This document shows, piece by piece, positions 1-13,906 of a DNA stretch of 64,000 nucleotides. The DNA lies in contig CAWFAK010000005.1 of NCBI GenBank assembly GCA_963813715.1, forward strand, positions 448,001 through 512,000, read 5' to 3'. The notes under the pieces were generated by a model. The model saw nothing but the letters and a program-made list of their open reading frames with translations, was not told the DNA's origin and ran no database searches. Within the stretch, counting starts at the first letter, position 1; every line of letters starts with the position of its first letter. The translations under genes and the position numbers were made by a program. Source of the stretch: an uncultured Planctomycetaceae bacterium (GTDB lineage: Bacteria > Planctomycetota > Planctomycetia > Planctomycetales > Planctomycetaceae).

Positions 1-1459
1 CCGACGATGAAGCCGTGCGAGCCGCCGGAGAAGCGGCCGTCGGTCATGAGCGCGACCTCGTGGCCGAGGCCGGCTCCGACGATGGCGGACGTCGGAGTCA
101 GCATTTCGGGCATGCCGGGGCCGCCTTTCGGACCTTCGAAGCGGATGATCACGACGTCACCCTTCTTGATGCCGCCTTTCTCCAGCGAGTGCAGCATGTC
201 TTCTTCGGAGTCGAAGCAACGGGCTGGGCCGCTGAATTTGAGGCCCTCTTTGCCGGTGATCTTGGCCACGGCGCCGTCGGGAGCCAGGTTGCCGCGCAGA
301 ATACGCAGGTGGCCGCTCGACTTAATTGGCTTTTCGAGCGAATGGATCACGTCCTGACCCGACTCGAAGCCTGGCAGCGCGGCGAGATTTTCCGCCAGCG
401 TCTTGCCGGTCACGGTGATGCAATCGCCGTCGAGGAATTTGTTTTCGAGCAGATATTTCAGGACAGCCGGCGTTCCGCCGACGCGATGCAGGTCCGCCAT
501 CACGTACTTGCCACTCGGCTTGAGGTCGGCGAGATAGGGGACACGTTCGCTGACTTTTTCGAAGTCGTCGATCGTCAGCTCGACGCCGACCGAGCGGGCG
601 ATCGCAATCAAATGCAGCACGGCGTTGGTCGAGCCGCCCAAGGCCATTACCAGCACGATCGAATTCTCGAGGGCCTGGCGCGTGATGATGTCACGGGGCT
701 TGAGGTCGAGTTCGAGCAGGTGGCGAATGGCAACGCCGGCTTGCTGGCACTCTTCGAGCTTTTTCGGATCCTCGGCTGGTGTCGACGAACTGTAGGGGAG
801 TGTCATGCCCATTGCCTCGATGGCCGAGGCCATGGTGTTGGCCGTGTACATGCCGCCACAGGCTCCCGCGCCGGGCAGCTCCGCCGCACGATCGCCTGGC
901 GCTTCTCATCCGAGATCTTGCCCGTCAGAAATTCGCCGTAGCATTGAAAGGCGGAAATGATGTCGAGCGGCTCATTGTCGAGGCTGCCCGGCTTAATCGT
1001 GCCGCCGTAAATCATCAAGCCGGGACGGTTGAGCCGTCCGAGAGCCATGATGCAGCCGGGCATGTTCTTGTCGCAGCCGGGGAGCGTGACGCAGCCGTCG
1101 TACCACTGGGCGCCCATCACGGTTTCGATCGAGTCGGCAATCAGGTCGCGCGACTGCAGGGAATACGACATGCCGTCGGTCCCCATCGACAGTCCGTCGC
1201 TCACACCGATGGTGTTGAACCGCATGCCGACGAGCCCCGCCGCCTGCACGCCCTCTTTGACGCGATCGGACAGCACGTTGAGATGCATGTTGCAGGGATT
1301 GCCCTCGTACCAGACGCTGGCAATGCCGACCTGCGCCTTGTTCATGTCGGCTTCGGTGAGGCCGGTGGCGTAGAGCATGGCCTGCGACGCGCCCTGCGAT
1401 TTGGGCTGCGTGACGTGCGCACTGTATTTGTTGAGCGAGTTCGATTTGGTGGCGGGCAT
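1..1459 (-). CDS. ilvD: Dihydroxy-acid dehydratase (3' end runs off the window; 1-nt frameshift near 874)
   Basis: ORF 803..1459 has [15 protein letters not shown] and PGCDKNMPG. After a missing base in the [15 protein letters not shown] motif, the shifted frame continues to [11 protein letters not shown] at the window edge. Confidence 0.95.
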
Positions 1460-1561
1460 GGAATCACTTCACAGATTGCGACAGAGAGACAGACTGCAAC
1501 AAAGAGACGGAAGGAGCGGCGGCGTTCGTCGGCGGCGCCGCTTTTTCAGTTTTCGGGCCGA

Positions 1562-1849
1562 CTATTCGACGAGCTGCGACGGATGCGGCGAGCGCGTCAC
1601 GCGGGGCAGGACGTTCGGCTTGTAGATCTCGGTGTAGGCCTTAGCCGTGCGATGCACGTCGAGCGCTTCGGACGTTTCCCACCGCTCGACGAGCAGAAAA
1701 ACCTTGGGATCGGAGGTCGAATGGTAGACCTCGAACCGCAGGCAGCCCGGCTCCATCCGCGAGAGACGGCCCTGCTCTTTGAGCCATTCGCGGAGCTGTG
1801 GAACGTCCTTTTCGTCGTTGGCGGTCAAAACCACGTTGGCATAGATCAT
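1562..1849 (-). CDS. Antibiotic-biosynthesis monooxygenase (ABM) / putative quinol monooxygenase family protein
   Basis: 95 aa with SRMEPGCLRFEV and LLVERWETSEALDVH, the ABM pattern. Confidence 0.85.
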   Translation of the reverse strand: MIYANVVLTANDEKDVPQLREWLKEQGRLSRMEPGCLRFEVYHSTSDPKVFLLVERWETSEALDVHRTAKAYTEIYKPNVLPRVTRSPHPSQLVE

Positions 1850-1981
1850 GGTGTGTCTCGGGAATGGGGACAGTCAGGCGGGCAGGATTCAGCCCGCCGC
1901 TGGTTTCCGGCGCGGGCGATTTTGTCAGGCTGCCGCTTTCCGCAAAGATACAGCCTCCCGTCAAGATACATCGTCACCAAC

Positions 1982-2020
1982 AAAAATGCCCGCGGGCGGG
2001 CAATCCCCGGCCGCGGGCAT
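1982..2020 (-). terminator. Probable intrinsic terminator of the FHA coiled-coil gene
   Basis: Stem ATGCCCGCGG...CCGCGGGCAT preceded by an A-run on + (U-tail on -), about 60 bp past the stop at 2079. Confidence 0.6.
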
Positions 2021-2078
2021 GAGAGTTTTGCTTCGTCGACCGGCGCTGCGCGTGGAGCGCGAGAGCCGTCACCCCCGA

Positions 2079-5000
2079 TCAGGACGGCGACTTCACTTCC
2101 TCTGGCTCTTCGCCCGCGTTGTCGTCCGTCGTTTTCTCGACGAGGCGGGCCATCGTTCGGCTGCGGAACGTGGCATTCTTGATACGGCTGAGACCGACCT
2201 TGCCCGAGGCCCGCGCCAGGTCGACGCCCAGCGCGAGACTGGCGGCCGCCGCCAGCCAACCCATCGCCGCGTAGCTGCCGTCGCCCCAAAGGCTCGAGCT
2301 GAGGAGCACGACCGTGATCAACAGCGAGAGCGTGGCGAGCAGACTGCGATAGAGCAACTTTTCGCGGACGGCACGCGACGAGTACCGGGCAATAGCGGTG
2401 CGGGCTGCCGTGTTCGCCACGTTGCGGAGGCTGTCCAAGTCGGCACGGACGCTGGCCTTGTCCTGCCGATGCGAAGGTTCGGGCAGCGCCAGCGAAGCGG
2501 CGTGGGCCGGAGCGGCAAGCTCCGGCGCGTCAGTCATCGGGAGTGCGCCACGCGATTCGAGCGTCTTCGGTTGTGGCGCCGCCGAGGTCCAAGGAGCGTC
2601 CGGCGTAGCCGAGCGTCGCGAGCGGGCCAACAGCTTCTGCATATAAGCCTCGACCGATTCGCCTTCATGCCCGTGTGGCGCGGCCGGCGTCGGCGGAGAC
2701 CCGCTGCTGGCAGTCGCGGGTTGCGATTGGGTGGTGTGGCTAGCCACTGGCGCAGGGCTCGCGGCCGATTCGTGGCTGGCCGAGCCTTGTGTGGCCGTGG
2801 CGTCCCCGGCCGCGACCTCGGTCGATTCGTGATTGGCCGCCCGCTCGCGGGGACGGCGCGTGAACAAGCTCGATTCGAATTGGGAAATGACACGCTGCAA
2901 CGACCGCTCGGCCGGAAGTGCGGTGCCCGCGCTCTGGGCCTCGGGCTTGCTGCTGGCGTCGGCCGTGCTGCCGGCCGAAGCCTTTGTGGAAGCATCGTCA
3001 GCAACCAGCTCCGGCCCATTCGCATCGACGGGGGGCGACTTGAGGGCGGCCTGCAACCGTCGCCGCAGGACCTCGCACTCGCGCTGCAAATCCTTGTGTC
3101 GTTGCTCAAGGCTGCGAACGTTGGCTTCGAGCGACTTCACCTTGCGGTCGGACTCGGCCCGCAGCTCGGCGACGCTCGATTGCTCGGCAGTGGCCTGCTG
3201 CGCCGACTGGCTCTGAGCGGCGAGGTCGGCCTCCAGCTTGCCGCAGGCTTCCGTCAGCTCGGCGATGGTTGTCGACTGGGCGGCCAGTTGCTCGCGAAGA
3301 CCGGCCAACTCGCCCTGCGCGGTGGATTCTTCTTGCTCGCGTGCCTGGGCCGACTGTTCGCGCGCCTCGACCGACTGCTGCCGCTCGGTCAATGACTGCT
3401 CCAGCACGGCGATCTGTGCAGCCCGTTCCTCGATCTCTCGTCCTTGGACCTCGAGCGACTTCTCGCGGGTTTCGGTCGCCGCTTCGCGCGCCGCAACAGT
3501 CGTCTCCCGTTGGGCGAGTCGCGCCACTTGCGTGGCCAGCTCGACTTCTCGCCGTTCCAACCCGGCTTCGCGCTGGCTCAGCGTCTGTTCGCGCTCGGTC
3601 AGCGTCTCTGCGTGGCGGGCCAACTCGGTTTCGCGAGCCTGGAGGCCCTGCTCCCGAGCGGCCAGCTTGCGTTCGCTGTCTTGCCGCAGCTGGGCGGCGG
3701 TTGCCAGCCCGGCCTCACGCTCCTCGAGCGAGTGTTCGCGGCCGGCAAAAGTGGCTTCCCGCGTGTCCAGCGTCTTCTGGCGTCCGCGGAGCGACTCTTC
3801 GCGCGAGGCGACTTCCCGCGCCGCCTCGGCGTGCGCCCCTTCGCGGCCGCGATCGCTTTCTCGCGATCGGCCAGGGCCCGTTCGCGGGCGGCGTGCTTCT
3901 GCGTTCGCTCGACGAGTTGGGCATCGCGTTCGGCCAGGTCGCGCTCGAGTGAATGGACAGCCTGCTCGCGGCCAGCAAACTCCCGCTCGCGCTGCTGGAG
4001 CGATTGGGTTCGCGTTTCGACGTCGGCCTTGAGCGCATCCTGCGCAGCGGACTGTTGGGTCAGCTCGGCCGCCCGTTGCGTCAGCGTGGCCTCGCGTTGG
4101 GACAGCAGCTCCTCGCGCTGTTCGCTGGCCGCATCGCGTTCTTGCGCCGACGATTCGCGCGTCCGCAGCGTGGTCTCACGCCGCAGCAGGGCGGCGTCCC
4201 GTTCGTTCAGGGCTGGCGGACCGCTCGGCCAGTCCTATTTCTTGTTGCTCGAGGGCGGCCTGCTGCCGTTTGAGGGCCGCCTCGCGCTGGATGGCGCTGG
4301 CATCACGCTCGGCGAAGTCGGACTCCTGCTGCCGCAGAGCCGTCTCGCGCTCGACGAGTGATGACTCGCGATCAGTGAGCAAGGCTTCGCGCTGGACGAA
4401 CGCCTCGTCGACGGTGTCGGACGATCGCGTGCGGGTGGACGACGATCGCGACTGCTGTTTCATCCGCTCTTCGAATTGCCGTTGCCGCGAGTCGAAGTCG
4501 GCCTGCCGCTGTTTGAGATCCAATTCGCGACCATCGAGCAGGCTGCCGCGGCGCGTGAGCACCAGCTCTTGTTCGTGAGCCTGGGCTTGCCGACGACGCT
4601 GCTCTTCTTCCGTCGCGCTGATCGACTTGGCGCGGGCTTCCAGCTCGCCGCCCCGCTGCCCCAATTTGGATTCGGTCTGTTCGAGTCGAGCTTCCCACTG
4701 GCCGAGACGGGCCTCTTCGGCCGCCTGACGTTCGGCGGCCTGAGCGACGAACTCGGGAACCGCGACCGACGGCGCAGCAGAGGCGACGGCACTCGCCTGA
4801 GCGGTCACCGGTGCCGTCGTCAGCGCCTCGGCCTGAGCCTCGAGCACTGCGCTGCGGCGGGCGACGGCCAGTTCCTGCTCGTGAATTTGAGCCAGTTTCT
4901 GCGCGAGGCCGGCCTCCGAAGCCGTCACCGCCTTTTCGCGTGACTGCAGTTCGTCGGTTCGTTGAGTCAGCTGCGCTTCGCGCTGGGCTAGCCGTGCGGC

Positions 5001-6023
5001 CTCCTCGACCTGCTTCCGCGTGGCCTGGGCCACAAAGTCGGGAACGGCCGGCGCGACGTTCGTCTGCGCCTGCGGAGCGACGCGGGCAGACGCGGCCTGG
5101 GCGTCGAAGAGCGCGCTGCGTCGGACCAGGGCCAGCTCCTGCTCGTGGATTTGCGACAGCCGCTGGGCGAGCTGTTCTTCGCCGGCCGCCAGGGCGCTCA
5201 CCCGCGACTGCACCTCGGCCGTGTCGCGCTGCAATTGCGCTTCGCGCTGGGCCAGCCGCACCTCTTCCTCGGCCTGCCGCCGAGTGGCCTGGACGACGAA
5301 GTCGGGAACGACACTTGCCACGGGAATTGAATTAAGCGGAGAGATGGGTGCGACGGGCAAAGTCGGTGCGACGCGGGCGACGGCCGACTGCACCTCGAGC
5401 GTGGCGCTGCGTCGGGCCAGGGCCAATTCCTGCTCGTGAATGCGGGCCAGTTTCTCGGCCACTCCTTCTTCCGACGCCATCAGCGATCGTAAACGCGACT
5501 GGATTTCGTCGGCTTGTCGCAGCAGGCGGCTCTCGGTTTCGGCCAGGCGACTTTCGGCTTCTCGTTGCCGCTCGCTCGCTGCCGTCACGTGACCCGCCAC
5601 GACGGGCGGCGTGTGCGAAACCGGCGACGATTGCGTCGGCACCGTTGCGACTGATGACGGAGGCGCCTCTTCAACCTGAGTGTGAGCCGTCACGCGGAAT
5701 TCGAGCGGGCCAACCGTGAGGCGGTCGCCCACATGAATTTCGACCTGGCGGACCGGTCCGTTGTTGAGCCACGTGCGGAAGTCGAGAGCGCGGAGCATCG
5801 CCCGACCGGCGTCGATGCGAATCTCGCAGTGCCGCGGCTGGATGCCGTTGGCCCGCAGCACGTGCGAACACTCGGACGCCGAGCCGATGACGTGCTGTCC
5901 CGGCCCCAGCCAGAGTGTTTCGACGCCGTGCCCGCTGCGGACGGGCTCCAGGGCCAACCCCGAGATTCCGTGCGCGGGCGTTTTCGACGCGACCTTTTGT
6001 TCAGCAAGCGCGACCATGGCCAT
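2079..6023 (-). CDS. Large FHA-like domain / coiled-coil protein with two C-terminal TM helices (several frameshifts, ~3800-4215)
   Basis: N-terminal FHA-like segment (IGSASECSHVL...PRHCEI...TWLNNGP...GDRLTVGPLEFRV), then a long E/Q/R/A heptad region. ORFs 4176..6128 and 2079..3623 join through shifted coiled-coil frames. Hydrophobic hairpin near the C-terminus. Confidence 0.75.
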
Positions 6024-6434
6024 CCCTAAGCGAGTTGCCGGTTGGGTTTTGACCGCGGCGAGCAGGAGACGCATCGACCCGCATGATGCAAAACCGCAAC
6101 ACTTCGCTAGGGATATACCTCGCAGCAAAGTCCGGTCAAAAAGGAAACGTGCGCAAACTTCAAGATGTGCGGCGTCCGTGCACGATCCACCGCCCCTGCC
6201 GAATTCGCTGGCTAATCGCTGTCGCGCGAGCTGCCGTCACTCGCGATAATCAGCACAATCGAGCGGGACGGCGCGTACGGCAACTCCGCTCCGGCAATGG
6301 ACAACCGCTTAAAGATCCGGAATAATGAAAGTGCGGGAAACGCACTCCTGGGCGTCGCAATCTCCCCCCTTTTGCAGCCCGCCAGGCCGCATCGACGCCC
6401 GTCCAAAACCTACCCCGAAATTGAGGCCCCGTGC

Positions 6435-9047
6435 ATGCCGGTTGGCCGTCCCCTTTTCGCTACTCGCCCGAAGTGCTCACGCGTGGCGCTGGCATCGGCC
6501 TTCGGCTTCGCGCTCGTGCTGAGCGGCTCGTTGGCGAGCACCGCGCCTCCCAAGCATGTGAACTACAGCCGCGACATTCGGCCGATCCTCTCCAACACCT
6601 GCTACAAGTGTCACGGCCCCGACGAGAAGCAGCGAAAAGCCGGCCTGCGTTTGGATACCAAGGAGGGAGCCTGCGCGAAACTCGAATCGGGTGAGGTCGC
6701 CGTCGTCCCCGGGTCGAGCGCAAGAGCGCGATCATTCAACGGCTGATCGCGCACGATCCCGACGTGCGCATGCCGCCGGCCGACTCGGGTAAGACCGTCA
6801 CGCCGGAACAAATCGACCTCATCAAACGGTGGATCGACCAAGGGGCCGAGTTCCACGGTCACTGGGCCTTCCTCCAGCCGAAGCATTCGCCCGCGCCTCC
6901 CGTGCAACGTCCGGAGCTGGCCCGTAACCCGATCGACCGCTTCATCCTGGCCCGGCTCGACGAAGAAGGGCTGAACCCCTCGCCCGAAGCCGACAAACCC
7001 TCGCTCATTCGCCGCGTGAGCCTCGACCTGACCGGCCTGCCCCCCACGCTGGCCGAGGTCGATCGCTTCGTCGCCGACAAATCGCCCGAGGCGTACGACA
7101 AGCTCGTCAACCGCCTGATCGATTCGCCGCAATATGGCGAGCAGATGACGCGGTACTGGCTCGACGCGGCCCGCTACGGCGACTCGCACGGCATGCACCT
7201 GGACAACGAGCGCTCGATCTGGCCGTACCGCGACTGGCTGATCCGCGCGTTCAACTCGAACAAGCCGTTCGATCGCTTCGCCGTCGAGCAGTTGGCCGGC
7301 GACCTGCTACCTGACGCCACGATCGATCAGCGCGTGGCCACCGGCTTCAGCCGCTGCAACGTGACGACGGGCGAAGGCGGAGCGATCGACGAGGAATTCT
7401 ATTGCCGCTACGCCATCGATCGCGTCGCCACGACGGGGACCGTGTTCCTCGGACTGACGCTCGGCTGCTGCGTCTGCCACGATCACAAGTTCGACCCGGT
7501 CACGCAGCGCGAGTTTTATCAGCTGTTCGGCTACTTCGGCAGCCTGAGCGAGCGGGCCATGGACGGCAACGCCCTCCTGCCGCCGCCGACGCTCAGCCTC
7601 GGTCCGCCCAAGGACGAGCAAAAGGTTGCCAAGCTCAAAGCGGACATCGCCGCGCTCGAAGCCACGGTGAAACAAAAGCTCGCGACCTTCGACGATCCGA
7701 AGACCGTCGCCGCGCTCGACGCTCCGCAGCGGGCCTGGGAACGCGAAGCCGCCAAAGAGGGTCGCGGCCTGTCCCGCCCGATCCGTCGCCTGCTGGCCAT
7801 CGCGCCGGCCAAGCGACAGGCACGACAGAAGCGAGCACTGCGTGAGTACTACGTCCGCTACATCTACAGCGTCAGCCGGACCGTCTTCGATCCGCTCAAC
7901 GCGCAGTTGGCCGCCGACCGCAAGGAATTGATCGCGGCCGAGGCGACGGCTCCCAGCACGCTGGTGATGCAGAGACATGCCCAAGCCGCGCGACATCTAC
8001 GTCCTGATCCGCGGCGCGTACGATCGCAAAGGAGCCAAGGTTCTGCCCGATGTGCCGGCCGCCATCGGGCCCCGCTTGCCCAAGGACGCGCCCCCCAATC
8101 GTTTGTCGCTGGCCAATTGGATCGTCGACCCGCGGAATCCCCTCACCGCGCGGGTCACGGTCAATCGTTTCTGGCAGCAGTATTTCGGCACGGGCCTCGT
8201 GAAGACGGCCGAGGACTTCGGCTCGCAGGGCGAATGGCCCAGCCATCCCGAGCTGCTCGATTGGCTGGCGACCGAGTTCGTTCAAAGCGGTTGGGACGTC
8301 AAGCACATCCAGCGGCTGATCGTCACGTCGGCCACGTATCGCCAATCGTCGCACGTGAGCGAAGAACTCGCGCAGCGCGACCCCGAGAATCGCCTGCTCG
8401 CTCGCGGCCCGCGATTCCGTCTCGACGCTGAGGGCGTCCGCGATATGGCTCTGGCCGTCAGCGGCTTGCTGGTCGACACGATCGGCGGCAAGAGCGTCAA
8501 ACCGTATCAGCCGCCCGGCCTGTGGGAAGCCATTAGCTACACGAGCAGCAACACGGCCCACTTCGTGAAGGGCAAGGGGGACGCCCTTTATCGCCGCACG
8601 ATGTACACGTTCTGGAAGCGGACGTCGCCCCCGCCGGCCCTGACCACGTTCGACGCCCCCTCGCGCGAGGAATGCACCGTCCGCCGCGGCCGCACCAACA
8701 CGCCCTTGCAGGCCCTCGTGCTGATGAACGACGATCAGTACGTCGAGGCGGCCCGCCACCTGGCGTCGCGGATGATTCACGAAGGGGGCGCGACGCCCAC
8801 CGAGCGGATCGTGTTTGCGTTCCGCCTCGCGACCTCGCGACGGCCGACCGCCGACGAAATCGCCGTCTTCACCCGGCTCTTCGATGAGCAGAAGGCAGCC
8901 TACGCCAACAATGCCGATGCGGCCGAACGCCTGATCCATGTCGGCGATTCGCCCGCCGACACCACCGTCGATGCCCGCGAGCTGGCTGCCTGGTCGATCG
9001 TGGCCAACGTGATCCTGAATCTCGACGAGACGATTACCAAAGGCTGA
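6435..9047 (+). CDS. PSD1 / planctomycete cytochrome c domain protein (DUF1549 + DUF1553); frameshifts near 6721 and 7975
   Basis: Signal peptide, CYKCH and CCVCH CxxCH motifs, [53 protein letters not shown] and LNLDETITK across three ORFs. Confidence 0.92.
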
Positions 9048-9053
9048 CGTGCC

Positions 9054-10544
<1,491 letters not shown>

Positions 10545-10606
10545 GACCGCGAGCGCCGCTTGGCGTGCGCGATCGCTGTCAGTGCTTCGTCTCGCACAAA
10601 ACGGTG

Positions 10607-10727
10607 GAGTGGGGTGGCACTGGCGGCTTGTCCGCCAGTGTCTTAAGCCGCTCGCCGCGGACGGTGGTAATAAGCTTGCGTCGTGGACGAAGACACTGGC
10701 GGACGAGCCGCCAGTGCCACCCGACTC
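10607..10727. repeat. REP doublet (REPIN-like), family A, copy 1
   Basis: GGGTGGCACTGGCGGCTTGTCCGCCAGTG at 10612-10640 and an inverted copy at 10694-10722, between convergent genes. Confidence 0.85.
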
Positions 10728-10757
10728 ACGACACTTCGCGTTGGACAGACCACCGCG

Positions 10758-11563
10758 TCAGGCGGCCGGGGCCAGCACCGGCGGCGCGCCCCGCCCCGTC
10801 GCGCGGGGCACCACGGCGTTGCGCCCAAGAGCTGGAGCACGAGTAGGCCTCGCCCCCAGGTCAGCGAACCCGTGATTGAACCGGGCTCGGCCGTGCGGGC
10901 GTCCGCCAGCACGCGGTATTGGTTGCGGCTTGCCGCTACGAAATCGAGCGTGAGCTGTCGCGTCCGCTCGCAGTTGCAGTTATCGACCAGCAGGTAGGCG
11001 TTTTCCGCCAGGTGCGGCTCGCATTGGGCCAGTCGCTCGGCAATCGGCTCGTGCGACAGCGCGCTCACGAAGCAGACGCCGATCGTCCGCTCGTCCAGCC
11101 GCGCGAGGCAGCGGGAAAAGCCCGGCTCGATGAAGTGCCTCTCGCCGTCAGCCAGTTCGTCGAACCGCCGCAGAAATTCGTCGCGAGCCGGCCCGGCCGC
11201 GGCAACTTGCGGAGCGTCGTGTTCGTGCACGCCGATGCATAGCTTGTCGGCATTGCCGGCAATCGCCGCCAAGAGCGCGCCGCCGTCGCCCAGGCCAAAT
11301 GCCACGAAGGCTTCGCGCTCGGCGAGATGGGTGACGCCGCGGTTCACGAGGGCGCAGGGCCAGCGGTCGGCCCGCCGATCCCAGGCGCGTGCGTCGCAAT
11401 TTGCGGCGGGTGTCCGCACGGTCAAAGGGCAGCCGCGTGTTCCAGGAATCGAGCGGCAAGCGCAACCGCGCGAGGGCAGCTACCGCCCGAGCGCCAGCGT
11501 GCGCTCTTGTTCCGGTTGAATGAACCGAAACGAAAGCCCCTGCAAATACTGTGGGAGATCCAT
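10758..11563 (-). CDS. Divergent class I SAM-dependent methyltransferase-like protein (Methyltransf_24-like); about 3 frameshifts
   Basis: Reconstructed from MDLPQYLQGLSFRF / LPLDSWNTRLP / ALVNRGV...AGNADKLCIGV...EPHLAENAYLLVDNCN...YRVLADART...TWGRGLLVLQ. The Gly-rich motif I is degenerate. Confidence 0.55.
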
Positions 11564-11818
11564 GGCCCTAAACAATCGACGGCAAGCGCTCGCCCCAGGT
11601 TCGGGACGCGCCGCAAAAAAACGTCGAAACGTGGAGAATGTGCTAACGGAGTTGGAGCCGGCCGCGCGGGCCGACGAAGAGGGCGGGGATGATGCCGGAA
11701 TCGCCAGGAGGGGTCAAGGGCAATCACCGCCCCCGCCGCAGCTTTGCGTTTCTTAATTTGACGGACGACCTCGGTGTGGCGCGGCAATTAAGAATCGCCG
11801 CGATGTGATGCGACTCAA

Positions 11819-12087
11819 TCAGTCGCGCGTAAACCACTTTGCAAAAACGACGATCGCAAAAACCACCCAGAGCAGCACGACCAATCCACCGCGCCATCCG
11901 TGCCTGTAGGCGACAGTCGTCGTTGCCCACACTCCAAGAGGTACGCCCATGAGTATGCCGAGGAGGGCCCATTCGTCGTAAGCGGAGGTTGCTAGAGCGA
12001 CTGCAACCAAATCCCAGGGACGGCCCCCGCAACAGCGTATGCGGCAAATGCCGCCTTCGACGGGTTGCCGCTGGGCCCATTGCTCAT
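11819..12087 (-). CDS. Small membrane protein (frameshift near 12012)
   Basis: MSNGPSGNPSKAAFAAYAV... joins the hydrophobic ORF 11819..12010; about 3 TM segments. Confidence 0.45.
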
Positions 12088-12114
12088 CACCACTACCGCT
12101 ATTTGAGGCGGTCG

Positions 12115-12714
12115 CTACTTCACCGGGATCAATTTAACGCTGCGGAGCGTCATCACCGTCTCGTGCGCGATCTCGGTCGCGACGAACCGCATGTTGTACC
12201 AGTGGGCCTCGGGCAGATTCACCTCGCCGGCCTGCACGGTTTTGTAGGCGGTCGCACCGCCCGTGTCGGCGACATTGAGGATCAGCGTCGAATCGGCCAA
12301 TTGAATCTGCACCGTGCTGCCGGCGTTGTCGGGGTTGCACGCATAGCAGAGCTCGACGGCATACTTACCCGGCTTGTCGACCGGAAAATGAAAGAGCACG
12401 AAGTCTTGCAGGTGACGCCAATTGGTGATGGCCGAACCGTGGCGCGTAATCTGTCCCGTGACCACGGCCAGGTTCATCGTCAAGGTGATCGAGCCGTCGT
12501 CCGCCACCTTCGTCGGGCGCACGTCGGGTTTGTCGCTGGCCGCTTGCTTCCGCTCGGCCACGCGGGCCAATCCGTAGCCGATGCCCATCACGATGGCCAC
12601 GACCACCGGGATGACGAGCACCGACTTAATCAGTTCGAACGCCGAGTTCGTGGCGGTCGAGTGGTGGGCGGAGACCCCGGGACCTGAATGCGGGATGAAA
12701 GCCGGTTTGCTCAC
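12115..12714 (-). CDS. Membrane-anchored protein with a carbohydrate-binding / galactose-binding-like beta-sandwich domain
   Basis: GTG start 2 nt after the acyltransferase stop. One TM helix, then ITNW...PGKYAVELCYAC...DTGG...LRSVKLIP. Confidence 0.6.
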   Translation of the reverse strand: MSKPAFIPHSGPGVSAHHSTATNSAFELIKSVLVIPVVVAIVMGIGYGLARVAERKQAASDKPDVRPTKVADDGSITLTMNLAVVTGQITRHGSAITNWRHLQDFVLFHFPVDKPGKYAVELCYACNPDNAGSTVQIQLADSTLILNVADTGGATAYKTVQAGEVNLPEAHWYNMRFVATEIAHETVMTLRSVKLIPVK

Positions 12715-12716
12715 GG

Positions 12717-13906
12717 TCAAACTCGCAGGAAGATGCGCATTTTGTAAAGGACGAACAACACGATCCATTTCAACATCAGCGGCCCTGCCTCGAGCAGGAT
12801 GCCGTGCATGTGATGTGAGAAGACGAGCTTCGACAGCTCGTCGAAATTGATGACCTTCTGGCCGACGTAGACCGTGATGGCATTCATGCCGATCACCACG
12901 AAGAAAAACGACCAGGCTTGGAACTGCAAGACGTCGATCACGAGGTAAAAGAGCGACAGCAGGAACAGGCTGATGCCGCTGGTCATCAGCACGAACGAGC
13001 TGCTCCACAAGTTCTTGTTGATGGGAAAGCTCTTGTCCCACGTGAGCGCGGCCGCCACGAAGAGCACCCCGGCAACGGCCAGGCCGGCCGCTTTCACCAG
13101 GCCGTTGAAGTCGGTCCGCCTGAGCCAATGGCCGGCCATCACGCCGAAGAGCACGGTGGCGATCGACGGGATGGCGGAGAACAGCCCTTCCGGATCGCGA
13201 ATGGTTCGGTAGAGGTGCCCGGGCAGCAGGTGGCGATCGATGAAGTCGCCCAGGTTCTGACCCGGAAGCAAGCCGCCCGTATCGAATCCCGGAACTGGGA
13301 TGAACCTGAGCGCGGCCCAATATCCGATCAATAAGCCGATGGCCGTTAACAACTGGTTCCGCGGCCGGGTATGCAGGACGATCAGGGCGGCGAACGTATA
13401 CCCGATGCCGATGCGTCCCAGCACACTGGGAAAACGCACGTGCGAGAAGTCGGTGACCAGATGCTTGATGCCGCTGACATCCTGGTCGAAGTGGATCGAG
13501 AAATTGAAGGCCAGGATGCCGTTGATCACCAGCCCCAGCAGAATCAGCAGGATGCCGCGGCGGATCACTCGCAGATGCAAAGCGGCCGATCCCTGTCCCG
13601 CGCCAAGTGCGAGGCGAACGAATAGGGAATCGCCACGCCGGCGATGAACATGAACAGCGGGAAGATGCAGTCGTAGAGGCTGAAGCCGTGCCACTCGGGG
13701 TGGTCGGTGTGCTTGTAGGCCAGCTCGCGGAAGGTGGGGTTGCCGCTGAGGTTCGCGAGCGCCCGGATCAGCTCCTCGCCGCCGATGATCCAGAACATGT
13801 CGAAGCCGCGAAGCGCGTCGAGCGACAGAAGTCTCGGGGGGGCCGAACTTTGCGGATTGGACAAAATGGGGACGTCGTTCCGGCTCTTGGCAACGCCGCG
13901 AGACAT
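12717..13906 (-). CDS. Heparan-alpha-glucosaminide N-acetyltransferase-like (DUF5009 / NagX-like) membrane acyltransferase; frameshift near 13598
   Basis: RLLSLDALRGFDMFWI, HPEWHGF, DCIFPLFMFIAG, VLGRIG, DPEGLFS, PINKNLWSSSFVL and IGMNAI motifs. Confidence 0.88.

Noticed and set aside
1514..1552. Hairpin plus T-run upstream of ilvD as an attenuator
   Set aside because: The T-run is on the opposite strand to ilvD and no Ile/Leu/Val-rich leader peptide is visible.
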